Origin: a virus
Direction: 5' to 3' (one strand)
Virus record (IMG/VR): IMGVR_UViG_3300030329_003470
Span: 32,001 to 96,000 of that record
Length of the DNA: 64,000 nucleotides
The notes under the pieces were generated by a model. The model saw nothing but the letters and a program-made list of their open reading frames with translations, made no database searches and was not told where the DNA came from. Position numbers and translations under genes: made by a program. Positions 1 to 10,600 of this stretch are shown piece after piece. The first letter of the stretch is position 1, and each line of letters opens with the position of its first letter.

Positions 1-1
1 T

Positions 2-793
2 TGTTTGTTCAATAATATCACCTGCATTATCATTTAATTGATCTTTGTTTGAAACATATCTTGAAAATGAACTTAATTTTGCAATATCTTCTGATGTTTT
101 TACAATGTGTTCTCCAAATTCATCATGTGGTCTTCCGCCATTAGCAACGTGTCTTGTCATTGCTCTTGCACCTGCTAGGTGTGTTAATGGATATTTGAAT
201 CTTTCACCATCTTCGTTTTCAATGTATAATGATTGTATTTGTCTTGATCTAGCACCAGGTATCATTTCATCAACTTTGCCTGAGTGTCTAATTATTAATC
301 TTGTTTTATCTAGGTTTTCGTATGATCTTTTTGCTGTGCCTGTAAGTCCTTCTTTAACTTCAACACCTGCTAGTTTAGTAATTCTGTTTAATTCTTCCGA
401 CATCTCATCAGTATTTACCGTTTTGTTCGTATCTGCAAGATTTTGATAATCCTGCTTCGTTAGGTTCGATTTCGTTATATCACGCACATCAAATCTTAAT
501 TGATGTTCTACAGCAAAGTCTTTTAATTCTTTTAAAAATGCATACCATTCATCCTTGCTATCTTCGTCTATTTTGTCCACTAAATTACGGTTGTAAAACA
601 CTTTCATTGTTTCACCATCAGCAAGGCTAATGCTTACTGCTCCGTATGTGTCAGCATCTTCTTTAAATTCAAATTCAAAAAATAAAGCACTTGCAGGATC
701 GCCTGTAGGAACACCACTTTCGTCTCCTATTCTAATATTAGCGAATTGCGAACGTATTTTATTAAACAAGTCTGCAGATGTTTTTGGGTTCAT
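2..793 (-). CDS. Hypothetical protein, truncated by the window edge
   Basis: Read by hand: ATG at 793, MNPKTSADLFNKIRSQF... open to position 2. Missing from the ORF track because no stop lies in the window. TAAATA 6 nt upstream. Confidence 0.85.
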   Translation of the reverse strand, partial: MNPKTSADLFNKIRSQFANIRIGDESGVPTGDPASALFFEFEFKEDADTYGAVSISLADGETMKVFYNRNLVDKIDEDSKDEWYAFLKELKDFAVEHQLRFDVRDITKSNLTKQDYQNLADTNKTVNTDEMSEELNRITKLAGVEVKEGLTGTAKRSYENLDKTRLIIRHSGKVDEMIPGARSRQIQSLYIENEDGERFKYPLTHLAGARAMTRHVANGGRPHDEFGEHIVKTSEDIAKLSSFSRYVSNKDQLNDNAGDIIEQT

Positions 794-805
794 ATAGTGT
801 ATTTA

Positions 806-2401
806 TTATCCATAAAAGTTTCCAAAGATGGGCATTGGAGTTGTCATTTCAGATGATCTATCAGTCCAACGTTCAAATATTTTGGGGTCAAAATCTGCTA
901 ATACCTTCATCATACGTGTCATTAATAAACAAGCACTTACTAGGTCGTCGTGCTGTCCTGGTTTTGCTTTAAAACTTAATCCTGTTGCTACAAAGTCTTT
1001 TAACTCTGATATTAATAGTTGCGAGTTTATTTTCATTTTACCACTTTCAACTAGTTCTTTAAATTTTGTACAAGCATCAATTTTAAATTTAGCAGTTGTA
1101 TTAAACCCTCTTCTAAATTTACGTCTGTGTCCTTTTCTTATAGGTTCTGATAAAAACATACCCATAATGTTTTCTTCACCAATATCCATTACTCTCATTA
1201 ATGCCGCTTCACCTATTGTGTTGTTCTCCATTGAATAAAATATTTGCGGTGTTGCTGAAGCATCTTTTTCAACAATTGAATCGTGTATATGTTTATTAAT
1301 ACCCTGTAATATTCTAACCTGTTGATTCATTGGAGTCATGTTGTGTTGCCATTCACCTATTTGTTCAAATGTAGGCAATTCAAAAACTTGTATTGCACTA
1401 AAGTCTCCACCTGTACCCATTGAAGGATCTAAAGAAACCATGTATGTATGTCCTGGAGTTGGACGTTTAAACCAACGTACTTGTCCTGTTGTTTCTACAG
1501 GAGCAACGCCTTCCATGTCTGCTAGTGTTAAACTTGAAATTAATGTTTCATCAAAAATTAAGAATTCACACTCGTGTTCCCTTCTAAATCTTTCTTCACC
1601 AATTCTTGCTCTTTCAGTTTCTGCCCATTCTTCATTTCTATCTGGGTGTTCTGACCAATGTGCCTTCATGGCATAAAAACCATTTGTACCTACAATTTTG
1701 TCATTGCCATATTCGTCAAATCTTTTATTTGCTTCTTTCCAAATCATAGCAAATTGGTCTTCATCACTGTTTGGAGTTGAAGTAATTAAACATTTACCTC
1801 CAGTTGATAGTGTAGGAGATAGTGATGTCCAAAATTCTTTTGCTTTATCAGGTGGCTGTACGAAAGCAAACTCATCACAATATATCATTGTTAAGGACAT
1901 ACCCCGTCCTGTGTTTTCAGTTGTGGTAGTTGCCATAATTTTTGAACCATTATCAAATTCTATTGAGTTTCTATTGTATTGTGTTACACCTGCTTTGATC
2001 CAACCAGGTAACATTTCATAAGCATAACGCACCCTTGACATAATGTCTGATGCACCTGCGTATTTGTGTGCCGCAATTAGTATGTGTGAATCTGGATGAA
2101 ACATAGCATACCATATTAGGTATCCTGATGCACAGGTTGTTTTTCCTGTTTGTCTTGGCAACATTGATATTGAAAACCTGTGTGAGTTGTATGCTTCAAT
2201 TAATCTTTTTTGATATGGAAATGGTTTAAAAGGCATCTCACCTTTAGTAGGATGTTGTATTTTCATAAATGTTTCCATAAAATACAATGGACCATTTTGA
2301 ATATCCATACATTTCTCAAGTTGTTCCACTTGATCTTTAGAATATTTGTGCTTCTTATTCGCTTTTTTAATTTGTTGCGAATCTAAACTTACATACGCCA
2401 T
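806..2401 (-). CDS. terL: Terminase large subunit (T4 gp17-like)
   Basis: Walker A LPRQTGKTT, Walker B IYCDEFAF, nuclease motifs SLDPSMGTGGD and HDDLVSA; 531 aa with no intein. Confidence 0.97.
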   Translation of the reverse strand: MAYVSLDSQQIKKANKKHKYSKDQVEQLEKCMDIQNGPLYFMETFMKIQHPTKGEMPFKPFPYQKRLIEAYNSHRFSISMLPRQTGKTTCASGYLIWYAMFHPDSHILIAAHKYAGASDIMSRVRYAYEMLPGWIKAGVTQYNRNSIEFDNGSKIMATTTTENTGRGMSLTMIYCDEFAFVQPPDKAKEFWTSLSPTLSTGGKCLITSTPNSDEDQFAMIWKEANKRFDEYGNDKIVGTNGFYAMKAHWSEHPDRNEEWAETERARIGEERFRREHECEFLIFDETLISSLTLADMEGVAPVETTGQVRWFKRPTPGHTYMVSLDPSMGTGGDFSAIQVFELPTFEQIGEWQHNMTPMNQQVRILQGINKHIHDSIVEKDASATPQIFYSMENNTIGEAALMRVMDIGEENIMGMFLSEPIRKGHRRKFRRGFNTTAKFKIDACTKFKELVESGKMKINSQLLISELKDFVATGLSFKAKPGQHDDLVSACLLMTRMMKVLADFDPKIFERWTDRSSEMTTPMPIFGNFYG

Positions 2402-2442
2402 AGTGTAGTATTTAATGCTAAAAGTGTGTTAGGAAAAGTAAC

Positions 2443-3534
2443 TTATTTTGCTTCTTTATCTTTAACGGCTTTTTTCATTGGTTCTTTTTTATCGCCGTCT
2501 TTGTCGATATCAATATAGTCTGGTTTTGCTTTTGCTTCAGCAACTTTTGCCGCTTCTTGATATGCTTTTTTAAAGCCTTCGTATTGTGCTCTTAATGAAT
2601 TTGCTAAATCTTCTTCAGTTACTTTGTCTTCAACCGCTAATGGATTATCGCCTGGGTATTCTTTTTTAACTTGTTGTTTTTGTTTGTTTAAACCACCAGA
2701 ATGTACATTTACCAATGTGTCAACATCAGCAACTTTTTCATTTGGTTCGTTGTCAAAAGTTTCTTCTGCTTTTTCTTCATCCGGTGCAGTAATCATGTTT
2801 CTGAATTTTGCCATTTCGTCACCGTCAGTTCCTGGTGTATCCATTTGTTTATTCAATTCTCCTGGATCCATTTCTTCGCCTGCTTCTGGTTGAGCGTTAA
2901 TCATTGCATCATCAACTGGTTTTACACCTGCTAATTTTAAAATTTGCATCATCATACCTGCTTCTTCTGGAGAATCAGTTGATATTTGTATTGCTTCGTT
3001 TACTGGTTTTTTGTCTTCTGTTGTCATTGTATTTGTATTTACCTCTTCAAAGTCGCTATCTCTTAATGTATGCTCTTCGTCTCCAACTTTAAACTTGTCG
3101 CCTTTTTTCAAACCTGCCGCTTTTGCTTTTTGAACTGCGTGTGCAAATTCGTTACCTTCTTCTGCTGTGTCTTCGTAAGGTTCGTCTATCTCGTGTTTTC
3201 TAGAACCGTTATCGTTAAAGTCGTCTTGTACCATTTTCATTGCTGTTTCAATTTCGTATGATCTAGGAAAAGGTGCGTTTGCTTTTTCTTTATCCATAGC
3301 ACCAAGTACTTCTGCTTTTCTCATTTTTAAATTGCCATCATCATTAAGATATTCACCTACTGCCTCTTGAGCACCAATGTGTATGTCACTCATTCCGCCC
3401 TCAGCAGTTTTTACTTCAGTGTTTTGTATTTCTGCTGGATTAGTTCTTTCAACATTTGCCACAGCGTCTTTAACTAACTCTGGTCTAGTTTGTGCGATTT
3501 CTTGTAATTTTTTTAATACGTCAAGCATTTCCAT
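2443..3534 (-). CDS. Acidic hypothetical protein, possibly an internal head protein
   Basis: 363 aa, very E/D-rich; C-terminal DIDKDGD EF-hand-like loop. Confidence 0.7.
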   Translation of the reverse strand: MEMLDVLKKLQEIAQTRPELVKDAVANVERTNPAEIQNTEVKTAEGGMSDIHIGAQEAVGEYLNDDGNLKMRKAEVLGAMDKEKANAPFPRSYEIETAMKMVQDDFNDNGSRKHEIDEPYEDTAEEGNEFAHAVQKAKAAGLKKGDKFKVGDEEHTLRDSDFEEVNTNTMTTEDKKPVNEAIQISTDSPEEAGMMMQILKLAGVKPVDDAMINAQPEAGEEMDPGELNKQMDTPGTDGDEMAKFRNMITAPDEEKAEETFDNEPNEKVADVDTLVNVHSGGLNKQKQQVKKEYPGDNPLAVEDKVTEEDLANSLRAQYEGFKKAYQEAAKVAEAKAKPDYIDIDKDGDKKEPMKKAVKDKEAK

Positions 3535-3536
3535 GA

Positions 3537-4193
3537 CTATTTTCCTTTTTTAAGATCTCTTTTTGCTGTTGGTTGTCTAAATTTATAATGTGATGCTGGA
3601 TCTGGATTTCCTTTTACAGGTGCCTTACCAGTATTGATTGGAGAACTTCCATCCTTTTCATCTTCTTTAGTTGTAGCATTCTCTTTTTCTTTTGGATGGT
3701 CTTTGTTTTCTTCTCTGTCTTTTAATAATTCTTTTAACAAACTCATGTTTGCTTCAGTTGAGTGAAATTCTTTTGCATCTACTTTAGGTGCATCGGCCAT
3801 TTCAATATCTTGTAGTTTGTTTTTGTATTCTGATTTGCCTGCGTTTGCTATTGTTTCTTGATATTCTTCTGTTGGCTCGTTTGGTTTTCTTACAACTATG
3901 TGTGCTGGAGAAATTCTCATATAGTCTGCTATATACTCTTTCATTTCTCTTACTGATGCTGGATAGTTTGTAGTTACATCGTAAATTGTTACAGCCTCAT
4001 TTGACAATGCTGGAAAATCTAAAGGTAAACTCTGTATTGGAGTTTTCTTTCCTGCTGACATTTTAACAACCTCAAATTTTGCTAGTGCAGTTTCTAATCT
4101 TGTTGCATCTATGTCTTTAGGTTGCCCTGCAATCTTGATTTTGTAGTCATATGACTTTGTTGATTCTGTTAGATAGTGTGTAAACGTGCTCAT
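3537..4193 (-). CDS. Hypothetical protein
   Basis: ORF track starts at a TTG at 4199; ATG at 4193 (MSTFTHYL) lies 6 nt after TAAATA and is preferred. Confidence 0.8.
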   Translation of the reverse strand: MSTFTHYLTESTKSYDYKIKIAGQPKDIDATRLETALAKFEVVKMSAGKKTPIQSLPLDFPALSNEAVTIYDVTTNYPASVREMKEYIADYMRISPAHIVVRKPNEPTEEYQETIANAGKSEYKNKLQDIEMADAPKVDAKEFHSTEANMSLLKELLKDREENKDHPKEKENATTKEDEKDGSSPINTGKAPVKGNPDPASHYKFRQPTAKRDLKKGK

Positions 4194-4202
4194 ATGCAAT
4201 AT

Positions 4203-4727
4203 TTAGTCTTTTTTAAGGAGTTTCTTCATTAATTCATTACGGTCAGATATTACAAACCCGTCGCTTTCTTCAACAGGCCCACCGTCTTTACCGTCTGTTT
4301 GGTCTATTTTCATTTTTTTAAGTTGTAGTTCAACCATTTTTAACTTCTTATCTATTTTAGAACCTTTAGCATCAATGGCATTACGCAACATAGTACTTGC
4401 TACCTCAAAAATACGTCCTGAATAACGTGAATCTACATTCATTCCTAAGTCCATTAAGTTCTTATAACTCTCTTCTGCTTCTACAGCCAACTTATCTAGT
4501 TCTAAATCTGACAGTTCGCCTAGTCCTTTTACTTGGGGTAATGCGGCCGCAACCTTATCAAATTCAGCATATGTTTTTTGTAAGTTTTTTTGTGTTTCAG
4601 GATCTAAATTTTTACTAGAAACGCCATTAGAATTTTTAGTTTCTTTAACTTTTTCTTTGGAATCTACTTGTTTAAATGCTTCTTTAACATTTGGTAAATT
4701 TAAAATTTCTTCTAACTTCTTTGTCAT
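4203..4727 (-). CDS. terS: Terminase small subunit (T4 gp16-like)
   Basis: Helical core GRIFEVASTMLRNAIDA resembles the gp16-family RAYEV motif; C-terminal FVISDRNELMKKL; lies in the packaging cluster. Confidence 0.6.
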   Translation of the reverse strand: MTKKLEEILNLPNVKEAFKQVDSKEKVKETKNSNGVSSKNLDPETQKNLQKTYAEFDKVAAALPQVKGLGELSDLELDKLAVEAEESYKNLMDLGMNVDSRYSGRIFEVASTMLRNAIDAKGSKIDKKLKMVELQLKKMKIDQTDGKDGGPVEESDGFVISDRNELMKKLLKKD

Positions 4728-4735
4728 GTTTTTAT

Positions 4736-5176
4736 TTACTTACGATTGCCGTTATGAAACAACTGATCTTCTGATAAAACTCTAAATCTTATTCTATTTT
4801 GTTTAGCATAAGCATTCGCGGCCTCCCACTTTGCCATATTAATTACTGCTTGTTTTTTCTTACCTTGACTTTTACCAGCATCAAAAATATTTGTTTGAGA
4901 TTTAGGTTTTACTTCAATAAGTTCTGCGTGTTTGCTTCCATTTTTATCAGTATAAACAACAAAAAAATCTGGAACATACACAGTATACTTTCCTGTAAAA
5001 GGATGTCTGTAAGGAATTTTAATTGATTCACTTGCCCATTTTGCCACGTATGGATGTTCGTCGCACAATCTCATAAATGCTTGTTCCCAACTTGAACGAT
5101 ATGTTGGCGTTTTTAAACCAATATATTTTTCTTGATTTTTAGGTGTAAATTTTCCTTTTGCGAATCTTGGGATCAT
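4736..5176 (-). CDS. Head completion nuclease (T4 gp4-like, TnsA-type PD-(D/E)xK)
   Basis: YRSSWE, WASE-IPY-HP, YVPDF and LIEVKP motifs. Confidence 0.88.
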   Translation of the reverse strand: MIPRFAKGKFTPKNQEKYIGLKTPTYRSSWEQAFMRLCDEHPYVAKWASESIKIPYRHPFTGKYTVYVPDFFVVYTDKNGSKHAELIEVKPKSQTNIFDAGKSQGKKKQAVINMAKWEAANAYAKQNRIRFRVLSEDQLFHNGNRK

Positions 5177-5556
5177 TAGTCTATTATATTTCTAGACACA
5201 GTTCCTGATGTAGTAAGGGTTTGTCTTACACCTAATCTACTGGACTTGTATCTGTTTGCATTTAAAATTATTGTTATTAGTTCAGATAGTTGTGCCGGTG
5301 TGGCATAAGTTAATTTGTCGATAATTTCAGCAGGCGAAACAGAATCAATTTTTGCCTGTGCTAATATAACATAAGCAGTAGATTCAGCCGCAGTTCTTGA
5401 AAATCCTCTTTTTACAAAAAATGCGATAGTTGAATCATATTCACCAACGTTGAATTGATACTGTTCTTCGTAATTGCTTGTAGTTAATTTTTGAATAGTT
5501 TTATCCAATTGATCTTTTTGTTTTGGTGGTAAGTTTGTGTAAAAATTTTCAGCCAT
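5176..5556 (-). CDS. Hypothetical protein
   Basis: 126 aa; start/stop overlaps with both neighbours. Confidence 0.75.
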   Translation of the reverse strand: MAENFYTNLPPKQKDQLDKTIQKLTTSNYEEQYQFNVGEYDSTIAFFVKRGFSRTAAESTAYVILAQAKIDSVSPAEIIDKLTYATPAQLSELITIILNANRYKSSRLGVRQTLTTSGTVSRNIID

Positions 5557-6938
5557 TATAAGTTCGCCTTCTCTGTTGTAATACTAACATTTTGATTTGC
5601 TCTTTCAATTTTTATGTAGCCTTCAGTTACTAATTTACGTATATTTGTGACTGCTTTAGATTTATAAACATTTTTTACAGAGTCAATTGAACCTGCATAT
5701 TCCACATCACTTTCAGCAACTGTTAAATTTTTTCTTGAACCTATATCTTTATAATATATTCCAGCGGCAATCTCATCTTTAACACTATCATTTGTTGTTA
5801 CTAATTTATATGCCTCATCTGCTGTTAAAAAGTTTGTAGTATCTAATATTGGATTTGTTAGTACAGTTGTATCTTTTAATGATTTAGAATCTGCTTTACC
5901 TCTAGCATTAGCGATTGCAACTCCTGTTGCCACAGCCGCACCAACTGAGAATGCTCCAATTGGGTTTGTAATTGTTCCTGCTTGTTTGCCAATATCTAAA
6001 ACACCCTCTTTAGCAATTCCTTTTAATTCTTCTTTAACATCTTTTTTCTTAATTTTTTTAGCATTGTTATATGTGTTTGTTGCAGATAAAATTGCACCAA
6101 GTATATTACCTGACTGTACATTTCTTATCACAGATCCAACACCGTCTACAACACCTCCTGGACCAAATATAGAATTTGTACCACCACCTAATACAGTTAA
6201 AGGAGAAGGTTCATGATCATAATGTATAGATGCAAAACCTGGAACATTGTTTTTGTTTATTATTCCTGATTTGTATAAAACTGATTCATAAACAATTTGC
6301 ATAGTATTTTGCATTATACCAGTTCCATCTGCTTGATCCAAGTTGTCGTGGTTAAATGAACCAATCATTGGGTTAACAAGTGTCATTGATGTGAATCTTT
6401 GTTTATGTAAAACGAATATTTCTATTCGTTGCAAGTATGGTTTCTTTCTTTGTACAGGTGTGTCCATACCATATTTGTTTGTACGTCTGTTTGAATTGTA
6501 ATAATCATCTTTAGTATCTGATATAGTTGTATCGTTAGTCATTGATACTGAATCAGCAATATAATATTCGTAATATTTTTTCCAAAAAGCATTTACAGTA
6601 TCAGCATGATCGTCATGAAAAACAATGTTAATTGGATCATATTGTATACGTGTTGCCGCATACATTTTTTTATTGTATTGAATTTTTTCTTCCATGTTCA
6701 TACCGTATCTTGGTAAGTCACAAGATTTAACCAACATATTAAGTTCAATTCTTTCGTTATAATTTGCACTTCCCATGAACAGTGATTCGTCTGTAAAGAA
6801 CCTTACATAAAACAGAAACTTCTGTTTTGGCATCAATTTATAGTTGTCGTCTAGATATAATCTTGATGCGTGTCTGAAGTCCTTCATTCCTGGAAGACCG
6901 TCTTGAAACCCTTGTAAGAAATCGTTAATCTTTGGCAT
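5556..6938 (-). CDS. Tail-tube-fold protein (gp19/gp54-like N-terminal domain) with C-terminal extension
   Basis: LVKSCDLP...YNKK...YDPINIVFHDD matches tube-fold proteins; adjacent to the tube gene; ATG 6938 is 5 nt after TATAAATA. Confidence 0.7.
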   Translation of the reverse strand: MPKINDFLQGFQDGLPGMKDFRHASRLYLDDNYKLMPKQKFLFYVRFFTDESLFMGSANYNERIELNMLVKSCDLPRYGMNMEEKIQYNKKMYAATRIQYDPINIVFHDDHADTVNAFWKKYYEYYIADSVSMTNDTTISDTKDDYYNSNRRTNKYGMDTPVQRKKPYLQRIEIFVLHKQRFTSMTLVNPMIGSFNHDNLDQADGTGIMQNTMQIVYESVLYKSGIINKNNVPGFASIHYDHEPSPLTVLGGGTNSIFGPGGVVDGVGSVIRNVQSGNILGAILSATNTYNNAKKIKKKDVKEELKGIAKEGVLDIGKQAGTITNPIGAFSVGAAVATGVAIANARGKADSKSLKDTTVLTNPILDTTNFLTADEAYKLVTTNDSVKDEIAAGIYYKDIGSRKNLTVAESDVEYAGSIDSVKNVYKSKAVTNIRKLVTEGYIKIERANQNVSITTEKANL

Positions 6939-6956
6939 ACTGTTATTTATAGTCAC

Positions 6957-6985
6957 AAAAAAAGCGCCTATAAAGACGCTTTTCC
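6957..6985 (-). terminator. Intrinsic terminator after the tail tube gene
   Basis: On the - strand AAAAGCGTCT/AGGCGCTTTT stem followed by a T run; directly upstream of the next TATAAATA promoter. Confidence 0.7.
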
Positions 6986-7014
6986 TGTATTATAAATGCT
7001 AAATTTAATTCTTA

Positions 7015-7641
7015 TTACTGTCCACCGCCAGTTGATAATGTACCAATTGTTCTTGCTACTGCTGTACCAATACCTGTACCTTGTGGTGTTTGTATTGCAT
7101 TATCGTATCTTATTGATAATGTTATTGTAGCAGGATCTGACGTGTTGTATGCTAGTGTATTGTAGTTAACGTTGTCAATGTATGCACCATATAATTCAAA
7201 TGTTTCTAATACACTTGGTGCACTTGCTCCGTTACCACCGTCAAGCATTTCAATTCTACCTGTGAATTTGTAATCAATACCAGAAGCCGCTGATGATTGT
7301 TCAAAGAAATCAAATTGTTTCTGTATTTGTTCTCCAACTAGTTTAGTAACTGAGTTGTTTACATCATCTCTTAAAGTGATAGTAATTGGCTCCCAAGTAT
7401 GTTTACCTGCAACATATACTCTTGAGTTGTATACATCTAGTGTTACTTGGTCAAAAGTCAAGTTAGGTCTCGTAATATCCATTACTTGTTTTGTTAATTC
7501 TGATCTTGGTGTTGATACTCCAAAATTTTCCAGGATTGCTCTAAAACGATATTGTAGTTTAGGCATTAATAAGCCTTGTGATGCACTACTTTGATCGTTT
7601 GCTAAAGGTACTGTAAATTTTGATAAAGTTGATATTGCCAT
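7015..7641 (-). CDS. Tail tube protein (T4 gp19-like)
   Basis: 208 aa directly after the sheath; YVAGKHTWEPITITLRDD; strong SD AGGAGA. Confidence 0.9.
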   Translation of the reverse strand: MAISTLSKFTVPLANDQSSASQGLLMPKLQYRFRAILENFGVSTPRSELTKQVMDITRPNLTFDQVTLDVYNSRVYVAGKHTWEPITITLRDDVNNSVTKLVGEQIQKQFDFFEQSSAASGIDYKFTGRIEMLDGGNGASAPSVLETFELYGAYIDNVNYNTLAYNTSDPATITLSIRYDNAIQTPQGTGIGTAVARTIGTLSTGGGQ

Positions 7642-7664
7642 CTGTTTCTCCTATTTATCCAAAA

Positions 7665-10600
7665 TTAGTTCCCTAATTTTGCTATTTCTCCTGTGTTTTT
7701 AATTCTTAACGGTATGTATATAAATTCAACTGATTTAACTGGCTCAATTGCTATATCTACATACAATTCGTTTCTGTCTATTCTAGTAGGTGTGTTGTTT
7801 GTGTCATCACATACTACTAAGAAGTCGTACAGTGCTCTTTGTCCAACTAGTTCTAACAAGAACGATTCAATTGCTTGTTTAATTTCGTTTCTTGTTAATT
7901 CATCATTTGGTTCAAATATAAACGGTTTAGCAACTGCGTCTAATTGTGTTCTTAGATACACTGCTAGTCTTGAAACGTTAATTCTATCTAAACTTGAACT
8001 TGCTGATGTTGATGTTAAGTTACCAAAGTTAACAATTCCTGCTCCTGAGAAGAAAGTAATTGGATTAACTTTAACTGTGTGCATTGAATCTCTCACTGAC
8101 TCCGTTACAGATATTGTTTTAAACTCACCGTCACTTGCATTAATATAACCAACTGCTGTTGCGTTGTCAACTAAACCTCTTCTTGTGCCTGCTGGTGCAA
8201 ACCAAGGAAATGCTACGTTGTCGTTATTTGCAAGTGTTCTCATCATCATGTGTGATGGTGGAACTACAATAGTGTTACCACTGTTATCTGTTGTTTGTCC
8301 TGATGGATAAAACACACCCAAATAATCACTTGAACTTACAAGTCCTGCTTCACTGTTGTCAGTAGCACCTGCTGTATTATTTGCCCAGTTTGTAATATCT
8401 GTTGCTGTGCCTGCCAATCTCATTGGAGTATCACCAACAACAAATGCTGTGTTGTTTCTGTCTGTGTTTAGGCTAATCATATTTGCTATTGCTTCTGTGT
8501 AGCCTGGACAAGCAATTACGTTAAATCCTCTTTGATCTTCTCTAATCGCTTGGTTAGTATCAATCTCAGATTTTAATTGTGTCATAACAACTTTTCTTTG
8601 TGCTTTTCTACCTGCACACATAGAACCATCTGATGCGTTACCTGATTTAGTAACCCATCTGTCTGGATAGTAACCTGCAACTGTTTCGTTGCTGAATCTA
8701 ATGTTACCTAATCCTGCTGATCCTGAACTTGGATATTTTGTAGTTGTTATATAATCGTTTTTGTATTCTTTTACATTGTAACCAGAACGTCTAGTGTTCC
8801 ATAATAAAATACCTTGTGGGTAAGCATCTGGATCTGGTGCATCTGGGTCTAAGAAGTTATCGCTTAACAAGTCTTTAATTGAACTTGGATCACCTGCATC
8901 TGTTGGTTCAGTTCCAGGTTTTGACTCAGTGTTTGTATGCCATCTAGCGTCTCCAAATACAATACCATCTTCAGTTGTTTGGTCTGCTTTGTCAATTAAT
9001 TCCCAAGCCGCACCTGAAGTTGTTACTGCTACTTGATTTGAAGTATTAGTAGAACTTAAAGTTGCTGATGTGTTGTATTTGTATATTTTAGGATAGTTTT
9101 CTAAATCACTTGTATCAATCCATAAGTCTTTGTTTACAAGTGGAGTACCATCTGATTGTGTAGACGGTGCTGTTGCACTAAACTGTGGACCATTTGGATC
9201 AGTTGTTGAGTTAACATTTTTATAACCTTGCCAAGTTGTTCCGTTGTGTTCTAAAATATCTGCTTCATCAATTGAAGTGTCGTACCATAATTTACCATCT
9301 GCTGGTTGATTAGTTGGTGCACTTGTACTTGCTGTGTAAGATAATCTTTTCCAGTTACTTGCCATTACTTCGTTACCTACAGTTGAGTCTTCTGACTCAC
9401 CTGATGGAGTAATATATAAGTTGTCAATTAATGTTGTTGAATTTGCAGTGTAAGTTCCGTATGCGTGTGCTGTACTTGTACTAAATCCTGCATCTGCTAA
9501 TGGCGTTCCGCTGGTGTCGTTCATTCTAAAATCACCACCTAATTTGTGTGTAATTTTAATTGCACCTTTGTAATCACCTGAACTAATTTTTTCAGCAACC
9601 AAGTTTGTGAAGTTAGCCGCCGAGAATGCAGTTATAAAGTCATCTGCATCACCTAGTGTTGAACCATCTCCTGATACCATAGTAACTGTTTTTGCAGTGT
9701 CTAGTGCATCTTGATTTTTAAGTGATTCTCTAACTGTAAATGTTTCACTTGCTGTAAAACTTGGAAACGTAGTTTTAGATGAAATAACTGTTGTTCCGCC
9801 TTCATATCTCATAATTTGGAAATCACCAACATTTGGTGTTGTGTCTTGTTGACCAGCACCTATTGACTGTTCAGTTACGTTATATTGTGTGTATAATGTT
9901 CCAGACGCAATTGATGTTCCACCGTTAGTTGGATCTAAGTTATAAATTGCTTGATTGTTTGTTGTATATAATGGTGCCGCAACACTTGAGAAACTTGAAT
10001 CAGATGAACTGTAAAGTTTCGCAACAATGTTTGCTCCACTGTTTGCTGAAGTTGTTTTAAACCAAACTGAACCAGTTGGTCTATTTTCATCTGCTGTTTT
10101 CCAAGTAGGTCTGTTAGTGTGTTTGTCTTGCAAGAATTTCATAGTCTTGTAAGTATTTGCTGTAATTCCTAGTTCTGCTAATAATCCTGAACCTTCTTCA
10201 ACTCTAATTGTTCCGTCACCTGCTGTTGAATCACCAAATGCTCCACCGTTGTGGAATATTTCTAAGTTTCCTGATACTGAATCAATAGAAGCAGTCACTC
10301 CAGGTACATTAGCAGTATTAATTGCTGTGCTAACATTTGATAATGCAGTACCACCTGTTGTGATTAGTTGTCCATTAAGGTTGAAAGTTGCACTGTTTGT
10401 TACTGTTGTTCCTGATGCAACTGAAAATACAGGATGTGATTCGTGCCATGCTTGTGATCCTACGTGTACCCAAGCATTACTATCATTCTTGTAATATATT
10501 TTGTTAGTTACGTGTGTCGTGTTAATTGCATAATCACCTTGTGAACCATAAGAAGTTTTTGGTGCACCTGTTGTTGCGTCACCTACCAGGTCAGTAACGG

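Noticed and set aside
806-2401. Intein or intron in terminase, portal, capsid or gp46/47
   Set aside because: Lengths and motif order are normal with no splicing motifs.
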